This document shows positions 18,519 through 29,544 of a stretch of DNA of 64,000 nucleotides, piece after piece. The first letter of the stretch is position 1, and every line of letters begins with the position of its first letter. A program made the translations under genes and the position numbers. The DNA comes from Sedimentisphaerales bacterium (lineage in GTDB: Bacteria > Planctomycetota > Phycisphaerae > Sedimentisphaerales > SM23-30): assembly GCA_963666285.1 (NCBI GenBank), contig OY762711.1; one strand, written 5' to 3'. The notes under the pieces were generated by a model. That model saw only the letters and a program-made list of their open reading frames with translations, had not been told where the DNA came from and searched no databases.

Positions 18519-18927
18519 TTCTAAATTAAAGCGGGCCCAATCAGAATATATCCTGGGAAATATAAAGAATTATGAGGCGGCCGGATTAACAAAAAATCAG
18601 GGTTGGGAGTATCTGCAAATCCAGTTACATGTTTCGTCCGATAAAAAATATTTTTTAACCTTTAGTGGTAAAACTCATGGTGGGTGTAATTATGATGCCA
18701 TATCAGCCTGTCTTGGATTTTACTATTTTTTTAAGTTCTTTTTAGTTAGTTACTTATAATAGCTGCAAAAGAGTCATTGAGTTCTGTTTAAATTCGTAAA
18801 TATAAAATATTGTAAATTTAGTCTTTAACTTATGTTTCTATAGTATCGAAAGAGAAGACGTAAACCTTTTATTTGTTTGTAGGCTTGAAATATTAAATAT
18901 GTTTTGAATTATCAGCTGGAGAAAAAA

Positions 18928-21249
18928 ATGAAACTTTCATCAAAAATAGTATCAGGATTCATGACACTAGTACTGATTCTTATATTAGTAGGGGTACTAT
19001 CCTATACGGTTATCAATCAGATTGATTCAGCTTTGTCGGATGTAGCCGAAAAAGATATTCCGGCTATGGGCTATTCTGGCGATATGGTAGTCAATGGTAT
19101 GAATGCCATTATAGAGCAGAAGAATTTTGTAAAATATCAGGACAAAGGTTACCTTGAACAGTGCATGGAAGAGTTGGGTAAACTTCAATCTGTTCTCCGG
19201 GAATATCGAAAACAGGCAGAGTCAAATAATAACCGGCAGGCATTGCAAAAACTGGATGGAATAAAGTCTGATGTTGCTAATTTTACGAAGTCCCTGGACC
19301 AGGTAGCTCAAGGTTTTGAGAATAATGAATCCAAAAACCATATGTTAAATCAGAGCGGCCAGAAAATGTCAGAGATAGCGGAGAGTTACATCTCGACAAA
19401 GCTGACTTCGTTAGAAAACGGTCGCATGGCATTATATTTCCTGAACGATATGAATAATGAAGCATTGAATATGCGTATGGCAAAAATTCAGACAGTTCTG
19501 GCAGCTGACCAGGAAAAAGCAGATCAGGCGTATGCTGAACTTGTAGATCATTCAGATACAATAGTGGCATATTGTCAGGAACTAAACGATCTGAAACCTA
19601 CCGATGAAGAAAAAGAAATTGTTACGAAGGTGTCAAACCTGGCTACAAACTATAAAGATTTAGTAAAGTCATTTTTGAGCGACCAGGCTGAGCCAGTAGA
19701 AGGAACAGGCACAAAGATTGAAGATACCGGGGTTGAACTGACTGATGCTATAGATGAATATCGTAATATGAAGACAGCTGAGATGGCAAAAGCTAATAAT
19801 GCCATGGCAAAGATTAATGAATGGGCTGTAAATCTGCATCAATTACGCGCATGTACGTTCAGATATCAGGGAATGGGTAAGGAAACAGACCTGGCATTGG
19901 CAGTGTCGTTTAAAAGTAATATGGACAGCCTCTTGGAGGAAGTAGTAAATTATGCTCATAACGAGCAGGAACAGGCTGAGCTGAAATTAGCCGGCCAGGC
20001 TGTGGTAGATTATCAAACAGCTCTGGACGAATGGGTATTAGTAGATAACAGGATAAAAAATGAACTGTTTCCAGCCTTGATGGATGCAGGTGAGAAGGCA
20101 ATTGCAGCAGCCAAGGAAATGTCTAATGATATTGCCAGTATGACCATCGAACAGGCTAACCAGAGCAAAAAACTGGCAAGTTTTAGTAAGAGCATAATGG
20201 TGATATCTTTAGGTGCCGGGTCGTTGATAGGAATAATACTGGCAGTATTCATAACCCGCAGTATTGTCAAACCGATAACCAGGATAATAGATGATTTGAC
20301 GGCAGGTTCAGAAGAGGTTACCGCAGCGGCACAGCAGGTTTCAGGAGCGTCAAGCAACCTGGCCGAGGCGACAACCGAGCAGGCGGCCGGTTTGGAAGAA
20401 ACCAATAGCTCGCTGGAAGAGATAGCATCTCAAATAAAGCAGAATGCAACGAATGCTCTCGAAGCCAACCAGCTGGCAACAGAGACATCAGATGCAGCTA
20501 ATTTTGGTGCCGAAGCCATGAAGAAGATGGAATCAGCGATTCATGACATCCAGCAATCATCAGAAGCAACCAGCAAGATAATCAAGACAATTGATGAAAT
20601 AGCATTTCAGACCAACCTGCTGGCATTAAACGCCGCAGTAGAAGCAGCACGTGCCGGTGAAGCAGGTAAGGGATTTGCCGTGGTTGCCGAGGAGGTTCGC
20701 AACCTTGCAATGCGTTCGGCAGAGGCAGCCAGGAATACAACAGAAATGATAGAGCAGTCTGTTCGTAATTCTAATAGCGGAGCAGAGATATCCGCTGAAG
20801 TAGGAGATGCACTTGGAAGGATATCAGAAGCAGTTGGAAAAACAACATCAATTGTGGGTGAAATAACAACCGCATGCCAGGAGCAGTCAGAGAAAATCGA
20901 TGAAATCGGTAATTCGATGGATAATATTGACAGGATAACCCAGATTAATGCCGCAAATGCCGAAGAAAGTGCGTCAGCGGCCCATGAGCTGAATTGTCAG
21001 TCTGACCATATGAAAGACGTAGTTCTTGGTTTGATCCAGATGGTAGGCGGTCAATCAGGTACGACGAATACGTCGTCAAAAAGCAAGCCGCAGCAAGTAA
21101 CAACCGGCCTGGCTGATGAAGCCTTTCATGCTATTTCGGAGCCGGTTAACATAATACCGGAGAAAGCAGTTTCAACTCCGCAAACAACAGGCAGTGTATC
21201 AGCTGAAGCTGAAATTCCTTTTGATGACGACTTTGATGAATTTAATTAA
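18928..21249 (+). CDS. Methyl-accepting chemotaxis protein with large helical periplasmic domain
   Basis: Two TMs; IDEIAFQTNLLALNAAVEAARAGEAGKGFAVVAEEVRNLA; C-terminal DDDFDEFN tail; ATG 18928 after GGAG. Confidence 0.95.
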   Translation: MKLSSKIVSGFMTLVLILILVGVLSYTVINQIDSALSDVAEKDIPAMGYSGDMVVNGMNAIIEQKNFVKYQDKGYLEQCMEELGKLQSVLREYRKQAESNNNRQALQKLDGIKSDVANFTKSLDQVAQGFENNESKNHMLNQSGQKMSEIAESYISTKLTSLENGRMALYFLNDMNNEALNMRMAKIQTVLAADQEKADQAYAELVDHSDTIVAYCQELNDLKPTDEEKEIVTKVSNLATNYKDLVKSFLSDQAEPVEGTGTKIEDTGVELTDAIDEYRNMKTAEMAKANNAMAKINEWAVNLHQLRACTFRYQGMGKETDLALAVSFKSNMDSLLEEVVNYAHNEQEQAELKLAGQAVVDYQTALDEWVLVDNRIKNELFPALMDAGEKAIAAAKEMSNDIASMTIEQANQSKKLASFSKSIMVISLGAGSLIGIILAVFITRSIVKPITRIIDDLTAGSEEVTAAAQQVSGASSNLAEATTEQAAGLEETNSSLEEIASQIKQNATNALEANQLATETSDAANFGAEAMKKMESAIHDIQQSSEATSKIIKTIDEIAFQTNLLALNAAVEAARAGEAGKGFAVVAEEVRNLAMRSAEAARNTTEMIEQSVRNSNSGAEISAEVGDALGRISEAVGKTTSIVGEITTACQEQSEKIDEIGNSMDNIDRITQINAANAEESASAAHELNCQSDHMKDVVLGLIQMVGGQSGTTNTSSKSKPQQVTTGLADEAFHAISEPVNIIPEKAVSTPQTTGSVSAEAEIPFDDDFDEFN

Positions 21250-21313
21250 CAAAAATTTAAACATGTGATGTGTGTGCATCGCAAACCATTCTAAAACCTG
21301 TGGAGGTAAAGCT

Positions 21314-21802
21314 ATGGAAAATAATGGAAATGGAAACAAGAAAAAGACTTTTGCCATTGGCAGGGCGATTCTGATTTTAGCTGTTTTGGCTGTATGTTGT
21401 GTAACAGCCTTAAAAGCGGCTGAAGCTGTTAAAAGCACTGTTGCGGTAATTGTCAATAAAGATGTTGCTGAAACAACAATGGCACAAAAAGATGTGGAAG
21501 CAACATTTTTGGGGAAAAACACTAAATGGGGTGATAAGTCAAAGATAACGGTTTATACATTAAAATCTGGTGATGTACATTCCGCTTTCCTGTCTGATTA
21601 TGTTAACAGTACGCCGGCTAAGTTTAAGAGTTACTGGAAAAAACAGGTCTTTACCGGCAAAGCTGATGCGCCCAAGGAATTCAAAGATGAAAAAGAAATG
21701 ATCGATACGGTGTCAAAAACCAAAGGTGCAATTGGTTATGTCAGTGTTGAATTTTTGAAGAAAAATCCGGATCTGGCAAAAAATGTTACGGTGACTAAAT
21801 AA
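21314..21802 (+). CDS. Small secreted PstS-like (PBP2-type) substrate-binding protein
   Basis: GGAGG RBS; AVIVN, FLGK..KW, YWKKQVFTGK..P, GAIGYV. Confidence 0.75.
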   Translation: MENNGNGNKKKTFAIGRAILILAVLAVCCVTALKAAEAVKSTVAVIVNKDVAETTMAQKDVEATFLGKNTKWGDKSKITVYTLKSGDVHSAFLSDYVNSTPAKFKSYWKKQVFTGKADAPKEFKDEKEMIDTVSKTKGAIGYVSVEFLKKNPDLAKNVTVTK

Positions 21803-21885
21803 TGAAATAATGGGGATAAAATTTAACAAATTCAAAGTTAATGTTGCCGTACAACAAAATATAAAAAATACAGGAGAGTATTACT

Positions 21886-23220
21886 ATGAAATCTAAACTG
21901 TTTATATTAATTTTAATATTTGTTTTTGCTGAATTAAATACAGCAATCGGACAAAATACCCAGAAAGACCTGACTGAAATTATTAACAAGCAGCAGGCTA
22001 TGCTGGATGAGATGCAGGCTGAAATTGATGACCTGAAAAGTTATGTCGAAGAAGATGAAGATGATATGTTTGGCGATATAAACATTCACGGTTTTATCAG
22101 CCAGGGGTTCCTCAAGAGTGAAAATGATAACTGGTTTATGGATAATACCAAAGGGCAGGGCTCTTTTCAGTTTAATGAAGTTGGTATCAATTTTTCATCA
22201 CAGCTATCAGATAATTTAAGGGTTGGGGCACAATTTCTGTCGCGAGATTTTGGTGCTGTTGATAACAATAAAGTGAAAATAGACTGGGCCTATTTTGATT
22301 ATAAATTTGATGACTGGCTTGGTTTCAGAGCAGGAAAAATGAAGACTCCTATTGGTTTGTATTCAGAGATCAGGGATGTCGATATGCTTAGAACAACGAT
22401 ATTCCTGCCGTTTATGCGTATGTACGATGAATCTTACCGTGAGATGATGAATGCTATCCAGGGTATCAGTTTGTATGGTTCGCTGGATGTCGGTGTCGCG
22501 GGTATGTTGGATTATAATGTTCAATGGGGATATAATGATATAAATACCGAAGATGGCGGTATGAAACGCCAGATCGAAGGAATAAGCGTGGGCGGAGTAA
22601 ATCCTATCAGTGAAGCAATTGACGGTGAAAGTGAAAGCGCGTTTGCGTCGCGCATTAACTGGTCAACTCCAATTGACGGTTTACTGCTTGGCGGAGCTTA
22701 CGGCAAGTATAAGTCAAATGCCACAGTTTTAACTTCTGTACCGTTATCAGCAACTTTGCCGGCAGGTTCGGAAGTATCTCTTAACTTTACCGACTATCAT
22801 GTATATATTGCTTCAGCTCAGTACACAATTGGCGAACTAGTTTTGACCAGTGAATATCAGAGAGCGAAATATGATGCTGACTTTGCCGGTATAATGAGTA
22901 CTTCTGAAGAAACTCAAATGTGGTATATGATGGCCGATTACAGGCTGAACAGTTTGCTCTCACTTGCTGTTGGCTATTCCAATATGACAGATGCCGGTGA
23001 TCCTGACGGTGAGCAGGCTGAAGCGGCCGGTGGAAAAGACTATTCAACCTGGACTAAAGACTGGTTTGTCAGTTCCAAGTTTGATATTACAGAAAACTGG
23101 GTATTCAAGGCTGAACTGCATTTCCTTGATGGAACAGATTACAATATGCCAAATATGAAGACGTCTGACCAGGAACGTCGTGACGTGTTGCTGGCATTGA
23201 AGACTACAGTTAGTTTTTAG
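21886..23220 (+). CDS. Outer-membrane beta-barrel (porin-like) protein with N-terminal coiled coil
   Basis: Signal peptide; IHGFISQG, IDWAYFDY, RAGK.K.P.GLY; terminal Phe. Confidence 0.8.
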   Translation: MKSKLFILILIFVFAELNTAIGQNTQKDLTEIINKQQAMLDEMQAEIDDLKSYVEEDEDDMFGDINIHGFISQGFLKSENDNWFMDNTKGQGSFQFNEVGINFSSQLSDNLRVGAQFLSRDFGAVDNNKVKIDWAYFDYKFDDWLGFRAGKMKTPIGLYSEIRDVDMLRTTIFLPFMRMYDESYREMMNAIQGISLYGSLDVGVAGMLDYNVQWGYNDINTEDGGMKRQIEGISVGGVNPISEAIDGESESAFASRINWSTPIDGLLLGGAYGKYKSNATVLTSVPLSATLPAGSEVSLNFTDYHVYIASAQYTIGELVLTSEYQRAKYDADFAGIMSTSEETQMWYMMADYRLNSLLSLAVGYSNMTDAGDPDGEQAEAAGGKDYSTWTKDWFVSSKFDITENWVFKAELHFLDGTDYNMPNMKTSDQERRDVLLALKTTVSF

Positions 23221-23256
23221 TATATTAAATATGATTCGCCTGTGGCGAGACTATCA

Positions 23257-23297
23257 AAAAGAAAAAGCCCCGATGGGATTAACTCATCGAGGCTTTT
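23257..23297. terminator. Bidirectional terminator-like hairpin; copy 1 of a 41-bp direct repeat
   Basis: AAAAGAAAAAGCCCCGATGGGATTAACTCATCGAGGCTTTT between convergent genes. Confidence 0.85.
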
Positions 23298-23311
23298 CTT
23301 TTTGTGATTGA

Positions 23312-24202
23312 TTAGTACATTTCTATTTTTGATACTTTTCTGCTTACAGGAACCAGGATATAGCATTTGCCGGGAGATTGGGTGTCGATAAATAGTCTCC
23401 TGTTTGTTCTGGTGATATATTCTCCCTTGTTATTGAAAAGGTCACAGATTATGGTTCTTTTGACGATAGCTTCAAGTGCCAGCTTTTCTGAAAGGGTAAT
23501 CTCATTGCTTTTCCATCTTTCTGATATTGTCTGAGGAGATAGAATTAGCTCAGGTGAGAGGTTCATGATTATCTTTAGAACACTTTCTTTTTTGTCATAT
23601 TCAACGGAATCAAGGATCATTATATCTTTATATGTACTTGTTATTTCGATAGAGCCGGTGTCATATGGTTTAATGTTGTTCCATATACGCCCGCCAATTT
23701 CTCTGTAAGGTACAAATAGAGTTGAAATAAGTATTACAACGAATGCGACACCGACACCATACAGCACCATTTTTTTGATAACTTTCGGGTCAAGTGGCTC
23801 CGGCGGCGGGGTTGTTTGGCAATCTACGGCTCGCTGTTCGGCATGAATCTTGCCATTAGGAGCGATACCATACAGCACCTGCAGTTCCTTTCCCGGAACA
23901 TATTCAACGCTTCTGAGAGTTGACATTATCTGGCAGCACTCCTGGTCATTATAGTTGCTGAGCCAGTTTTCCAATAGGCTGGAAACTAAAGCCCTGGCAG
24001 AAGAGTTGGAATTCAGTTTTATTGAATCCAAGCCAGGGAGCATGCTGAATCTACCTCCATCCGAGGACAAGTTTAGCTGGATGCCGTGCGATTGAGCTTG
24101 CCTGATGAGGTCTTCTAAATATTGCTGATCTTCAGGACCAAAGATTGGACCTTCGATGAGGCCGTCTAGTTTGAAGGTTCCTTCTTCGTATATTCTGGCC
24201 AA
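23312..24202 (-). CDS. Hypothetical single-pass membrane protein
   Basis: 296-aa ORF with TTG start after GGAAGGGGG; central TM. Confidence 0.7.
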   Translation of the reverse strand: MARIYEEGTFKLDGLIEGPIFGPEDQQYLEDLIRQAQSHGIQLNLSSDGGRFSMLPGLDSIKLNSNSSARALVSSLLENWLSNYNDQECCQIMSTLRSVEYVPGKELQVLYGIAPNGKIHAEQRAVDCQTTPPPEPLDPKVIKKMVLYGVGVAFVVILISTLFVPYREIGGRIWNNIKPYDTGSIEITSTYKDIMILDSVEYDKKESVLKIIMNLSPELILSPQTISERWKSNEITLSEKLALEAIVKRTIICDLFNNKGEYITRTNRRLFIDTQSPGKCYILVPVSRKVSKIEMY

Positions 24203-24241
24203 AACAGGCCCCCTTCCGAAATAATGTTAATTTTAGTCTTT

Positions 24242-24835
24242 TTATTTTATTTCCATGTCTTCATCATTTAATGAATCCATTCCCGGCATATCGTCAAACT
24301 CAGTATTCAGATTACCGTTAATTAAATCATTAATTACAGGATTGTCAGATCTTTTATCTGCCTGGATGCCTGAAATATTATTTTCCGGCTGATCAGATTG
24401 AAAATCATTACCTGCGATAGAAGGGGTATCATTAATGTTGGTTGTATGTTCTATTGAATCGTAAACCGGATGTGAAGTATCTCCCACATCATCAAGTTTT
24501 TGCAGGTCCCCGGCTTCCAGGGCAGGGGTGGCAGCTGTTTTTGTATCAAGTCCCAAGGTTTCATCGTGCACATCCAGTCTTGCTTGTGTATGCTTTCTGA
24601 ATTGCTCATTTTTTAACCGTTCCTGACGAAGCTGCTCGTGTAACCGCCGGTTATCGTTTTCTATTTGGTCGAATTTTGCTTTTTCTTCACGTTTATTTGA
24701 AGCCACTAATAGAACAACAAGTCCAAATATGTGAAAGAAAAAACCAATAAAGAACCAGCCGATCGGATTTCTTCCTTTATGATGTGCAAGTGCTGCAATT
24801 AATAATCCGGCAATGAAACAAAATAGTAATCCCAC
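24242..24835 (-). CDS. Membrane protein: two TMs, coiled coil, acidic disordered tail (likely GTG start 24835)
   Basis: KGRNPIGWF membrane motif; AAGAGGG upstream of GTG. Confidence 0.7.
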   Translation of the reverse strand: MGLLFCFIAGLLIAALAHHKGRNPIGWFFIGFFFHIFGLVVLLVASNKREEKAKFDQIENDNRRLHEQLRQERLKNEQFRKHTQARLDVHDETLGLDTKTAATPALEAGDLQKLDDVGDTSHPVYDSIEHTTNINDTPSIAGNDFQSDQPENNISGIQADKRSDNPVINDLINGNLNTEFDDMPGMDSLNDEDMEIK

Positions 24836-24858
24836 AATTAGTTCCCTCTTGAAAATAA

Positions 24859-25692
24859 TTAAAAATTGATCAAACCAGGCCAGAACCATAAAACAACCGC
24901 AAAGTTATGGCAAAAATGAATTACCATAGAAGGATATAAACTGCCGGTTTTGTGCCTGGCCCATCCCAGTAATACCCCAACTCCAAATAGATAGAAGAAG
25001 CTGATTACGTTTAAGTGTAGTGCGGCAAATAGAGCTGAGGCCAGCAGAATTGCCCGCCATGGTTTTAGTGCCGCATAGAGCCAGTGTTGGATCAGCCCGC
25101 GAAATGCGATTTCTTCTGTTATTGCAGGCATTACGCACATAACTATTATTACACCAATAGGGCCAAGCAGCTCAAACAGGTCTTTATATCTGAATATATC
25201 TATGTAACCATCTAATTGGGATACCAGGTAATGGTATAGGAAGTTAACCGTTAAAGCAGGTATAAGCAAAAGAATGCAATACCATGCATATCGGTTATTA
25301 AATCCTGGCCTCCTTAACTGGACTGCTAATGAGGTTTTATGAATAAAACCTACAACGGCAGTTACGATAGTAATAAGAATACTACTGAATATCAGGTGGG
25401 ATGGCAGCCAAAGATCATTATCATCTATCAGTGAGCTGGCTAACACACTGACAAAAATAGTGATCGCATAAGTCCAGAATACATGCCAGACCTGTGGGAC
25501 TTTTTGCTTGATGAGTTCACCTTCGGTCAGCTGGGGTGGTATATATTCAGTTACGACATTCGCAACAGATTTATATGGGGTAGCACATGACAGACAGAAA
25601 TAAAATGCATGGTTTAATACTGCTCCGCAATATTCACAGCGTTCCTGGCCTGCATCTAATTCTGTTGGAGTTGTTTTGTCGAGGTCGACCAT
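24859..25692 (-). CDS. CPBP (Abi/CAAX, Rce1-like) intramembrane metalloprotease with N-terminal zinc ribbon
   Basis: EEIAFRG, FAALH, H...N motifs; CEYC...CLSC. Confidence 0.9.
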   Translation of the reverse strand: MVDLDKTTPTELDAGQERCEYCGAVLNHAFYFCLSCATPYKSVANVVTEYIPPQLTEGELIKQKVPQVWHVFWTYAITIFVSVLASSLIDDNDLWLPSHLIFSSILITIVTAVVGFIHKTSLAVQLRRPGFNNRYAWYCILLLIPALTVNFLYHYLVSQLDGYIDIFRYKDLFELLGPIGVIIVMCVMPAITEEIAFRGLIQHWLYAALKPWRAILLASALFAALHLNVISFFYLFGVGVLLGWARHKTGSLYPSMVIHFCHNFAVVLWFWPGLINF

Positions 25693-25860
25693 ATTTATTT
25701 TCCTGCCAATTCCATTCCTAAAAATGCAATTATATTTTATACAAATATCTATTACAAGATATAAATCCTGAAAGGTGGCCGGATAGAATTTGCATCAGCC
25801 TGGGTGTTTGCGTGGTAAGGTCTTGTTTTACATGGGTTTAGGGTTGTTGGCTATTCAGGG

Positions 25861-25901
25861 AAAAGAAAAAGCCCCGATGGGATTAACTCATCGAGGCTTT
25901 T
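25861..25901. terminator. Terminator-like hairpin downstream of hppA; copy 2 of the 41-bp direct repeat
   Basis: Identical to 23257-23297. Confidence 0.85.
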
Positions 25902-25981
25902 TTTATATAAACAGTAATATACCCCCCGGGAAATTACCCCCGGGATATGTATGGGACACGCAAAGCGTGTTAGGTATCAGA

Positions 25982-28606
25982 TTAACCGATACCAAGCATA
26001 TCAGTGATGATTGGAGCATATTTGACGATCAGGCCGGCAAATACAACAGATACCATACTCATCAGCTTGATAAGTATGTTCAGAGAAGGACCAGAAGTAT
26101 CTTTGAACGGGTCACCAACGGTATCACCGGTAACAGCAGCTTTGTGAGCGTCAGAACCTTTTCCGCCATGGTGTCCTTTTTCGATGTACTTCTTGGCATT
26201 ATCCCAGCTACCACCGGCATTAGCCATGAAGATAGCTACCGCAAAACCAGAGGTCAGACCACCGGCCAGCAGGCCAAGAACACCGGAAACGTCCAGAAGC
26301 AGACCAACTACGATTGGAACAACAATAGCCAGCATAGAAGGAATAATCATTTCCTTCTGAGCACCGGCAGTAGAGATCGCAACACACTTGGCGTATTCAG
26401 GAGTGGCTTTACCATCCAGGATGCCCGGGATTTCCTTGAACTGACGACGAACTTCTTCAACCATCGCCATAGCAGCACGTCCTACAGCCTTCATAGTCAT
26501 AGCTGTGAACAGGAATACCAGCAGCACACCGGCGAACATACCGCAAAGTACTTTTGGATTCATAAGGGTTACATCATAGTATGCCATATAGTCAGGAAGA
26601 GTAGCTTTGCTAGCCAGTACCGCTCTATAAGATTCTCCACCGACATCGAAAGTTACATAGCCGGTTGCTCTGCCGTCTTTTTCCTTCTTGACAAGGTTAT
26701 CAACAGTCAGTTTACCGGTTTTTGCACCTACAGTTTCACTTAGAACAGCCTTGCTGCCTTCCAGAACCAGGTAAGCGTCAAATGCACTTTCTTTTGTACC
26801 CTGAGCATCTTTAACAGCAATCTTGCCGTAGTCCATGTAGAACATAGAATCAATAGCAATCGCATCGATAGAAGCTTCTTCTTTATCAGGAGCATATTCC
26901 TGAACTACCGCAGCCATACCTTCACGAACAAGACCGATACGAACTTCTTCAACATAAGCAGCCAACAGAGCCAGGGCTGTCAGAGCAGCAGAACCGATCG
27001 CAAAACCCTTACCGATAGCAGCAGTTGTGTTACCAAGAGAGTCAAGAGCGTCAGTCTTTTCACGAACTGAAGGATCCTGACCGGTCATTTCGGCGTTACC
27101 ACCGGCATTATCAGCGATAGGGCCGTAAGCGTCAGTTGCCAGAGAGAAACCAAGAGTAGAAAGCATAGATACCGCAGCGATACCAACACCATATAGACCT
27201 AGAAGCATATTATCATTACCGCCGGCAAGGCTGAACGCAACAATAATAGCAATAATAACAGTTAATAGAGACATCCAGGTTGATTTCATACCTTCGGCAA
27301 TACCTGAGATGATTACTGTAGCATGACCGGTAATAGCATTTTTTGCTACTTCCTGGGTTGGTTTGTAGTCGTAACTTGTGTAGCGTTCAGTTGACAGACC
27401 AATTGCAAGACCGGCAAGCATACCGGCAACAATCGCCCAGAATACACCCATACCGGAAACACCGATTACACCATCTTCTACACCGGCTCCAAGAAGGTAT
27501 CGGCAGATGAAAAATGCTGCAACAAGAATAAGTGCACTTGAACCATAGAGGCCTCTCATCAGAGAGCTCATCAGTTCTTTCATTGATGCACCTTCTTTTG
27601 TGCTTACCATGTAAACACCGGCGATACTCAAAAGGATACCGATACCGGCAAGTACCATAGGAGCAGCCAGAAGTTTAAGAGCGTCCATCTGGCTGGCGTG
27701 CAGAGCAACAGATGCTGATACACCAAGAGCAGCAGTAGCCAGGATAGAACCACAATATGATTCATACAGGTCAGCACCCATACCGGCAACGTCACCAACA
27801 TTGTCACCAACGTTATCAGCGATAGTAGCAGGGTTACGTGGGTCATCTTCAGGAATACCGGCTTCTACCTTACCTACCAGGTCAGCACCAACGTCAGCAG
27901 CCTTGGTATAGATACCGCCACCAACACGGGCAAATAACGCCTGGGCTGAAGCACCCATACCGAATGTCAGCATAACAACAGTTACTTCTACCAGGTTCAT
28001 TTCCGGGAAGAAGCTTGGCAGAAGGAATAACCACAGACAAATATCAAGAAGACCGAAACCAACAACAACAAGACCCATTACCGCACCGGCACGGAAAGCA
28101 ACCTTCAGGCCGCGGTTAAGGCTCTCTTTTGCACCCTGAGTTGTACGACTGGATGCCATAGTTGCTGTTTTCATACCGAACCAGCCGCAAAGACCGGAGA
28201 AGAAACCACCAGTTAAGAAAGCAATAAACACGATCTTATGCTGGAGGTGCATCTGACCCATGATAAACAGGGCGATAGATACGATAATGAAGAAAACTGC
28301 AACTACTTTGTACTGACGTTTGAGGTAAGCCATTGCACCGTCAGTTACATAACCGGCGATACGCTGCATTTCTTCGTCACCAGGGTTAGAAGCTTTTACT
28401 TCCTGATAGAATTTAAAAGCCATAACCAGGGCTACGGCAGCCATAATCGGAGCAATATACCACATGCCCGGCAGATTCGACGTGCTAAACGCATCTTCTG
28501 CTGTTATAAGAGCATCAGAAGTTGCATCCTGAGCCTTTGCCAGACCGGTCATCAATACTAATGACAAGCCCGACAGTTTCATAATTAAACCATTCATTTT
28601 GTTCAT
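25982..28606 (-). CDS. hppA: Membrane-bound K+-dependent cation-translocating pyrophosphatase
   Basis: [61 protein letters not shown]. Confidence 0.95.
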   Translation of the reverse strand: MNKMNGLIMKLSGLSLVLMTGLAKAQDATSDALITAEDAFSTSNLPGMWYIAPIMAAVALVMAFKFYQEVKASNPGDEEMQRIAGYVTDGAMAYLKRQYKVVAVFFIIVSIALFIMGQMHLQHKIVFIAFLTGGFFSGLCGWFGMKTATMASSRTTQGAKESLNRGLKVAFRAGAVMGLVVVGFGLLDICLWLFLLPSFFPEMNLVEVTVVMLTFGMGASAQALFARVGGGIYTKAADVGADLVGKVEAGIPEDDPRNPATIADNVGDNVGDVAGMGADLYESYCGSILATAALGVSASVALHASQMDALKLLAAPMVLAGIGILLSIAGVYMVSTKEGASMKELMSSLMRGLYGSSALILVAAFFICRYLLGAGVEDGVIGVSGMGVFWAIVAGMLAGLAIGLSTERYTSYDYKPTQEVAKNAITGHATVIISGIAEGMKSTWMSLLTVIIAIIVAFSLAGGNDNMLLGLYGVGIAAVSMLSTLGFSLATDAYGPIADNAGGNAEMTGQDPSVREKTDALDSLGNTTAAIGKGFAIGSAALTALALLAAYVEEVRIGLVREGMAAVVQEYAPDKEEASIDAIAIDSMFYMDYGKIAVKDAQGTKESAFDAYLVLEGSKAVLSETVGAKTGKLTVDNLVKKEKDGRATGYVTFDVGGESYRAVLASKATLPDYMAYYDVTLMNPKVLCGMFAGVLLVFLFTAMTMKAVGRAAMAMVEEVRRQFKEIPGILDGKATPEYAKCVAISTAGAQKEMIIPSMLAIVVPIVVGLLLDVSGVLGLLAGGLTSGFAVAIFMANAGGSWDNAKKYIEKGHHGGKGSDAHKAAVTGDTVGDPFKDTSGPSLNILIKLMSMVSVVFAGLIVKYAPIITDMLGIG

Positions 28607-29006
28607 TTTTGCTACCTGCTTTCCTTTCCCATAAAAAGGTATAGTTTGGTAATTACTGAAATTTTATATCCGCATTCTGCGGTTTACGTTTAAGTTTGTG
28701 CCGTTTACCGGCATATCAAGCCATTATTTTGAAGTACAAAAATTTCACTTTTTCATTGTTGTATCGGCGAATGCTGTACTCGATACTTTATTAATAGACC
28801 ACTTTTCTAAATGGTAGCACCTGTTAGTAAGGTGTTTGTCCTATATTTACTACTTGTTATACAAAACTCTTGTTATAGGACGTGTGCGCAGACATTGAGC
28901 GATACTCTATAAGAAACTTATAGAGATCCCCCGGTTGTCCATGTGAAAAAAGTCTAAACTGACTTCGTAACGGTAGAGTTAACCGTCGGTGGTAGGAAAA
29001 TTATTT

Positions 29007-29177
29007 CTAGCGAACAGGGCGTCTGCCTTTTGTGCGGCGACGGTTCTTTTCAGATGGCTTCTCATAGAAACTACGTTTCTTGATATCTTTGATTTGGCCC
29101 TCTTTTTCGCAGATCTTCTTGAATCGCTTCATCATCTGCTGAACAGATTCACCGTTACGAGCCTTAACCTTTATCAT
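29007..29177 (-). CDS. rpsU: 30S ribosomal protein bS21 (absent from ORF track)
   Basis: MIKVKARNGESVQQMMKRFKKICEKEGQIKDIKKRSFYEKPSEKNRRRTKGRRPVR*; AGGAG RBS. Confidence 0.92.
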   Translation of the reverse strand: MIKVKARNGESVQQMMKRFKKICEKEGQIKDIKKRSFYEKPSEKNRRRTKGRRPVR

Positions 29178-29544
29178 GCAATCACACTCCTGTAAAACTT
29201 ATTATATTGTTAGTGCTACGCCGCACAGTTCGAGATATTCTCTTTCCTATAAAGCTAAAAGTTTTGCCAGTATATTGCAAGACTGGAAAATTATCAAGAC
29301 TAATTATTGATTACCAATATTAAAAAGAATATATCTATCAATAAAATAAGGTTTTATATCAAAATCAAAAATATGCATATATTGAAAATAAAAAGATATT
29401 TCTAAGGTTTTATGCCAACACAATATTTTATGCAGTTGCAGGGCGTAATATTAATAGAAGCTGAATATTACCGGTGTTGAACATATTTTTCGGTCGAGAT
29501 AGATTTCTTTCATCTTTAAGTTATTTAACAGTAGGGTTTTATAC

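Noticed and set aside
18475..18759. 94-aa plus-strand ORF
   Set aside because: TTG start without RBS, lies over the divergent promoter region, no motif.
25790..26743. 317-aa plus-strand ORF
   Set aside because: Antisense to hppA and runs through the terminator.
28989..29195. 68-aa plus-strand ORF
   Set aside because: Shadow of rpsU on the minus strand.
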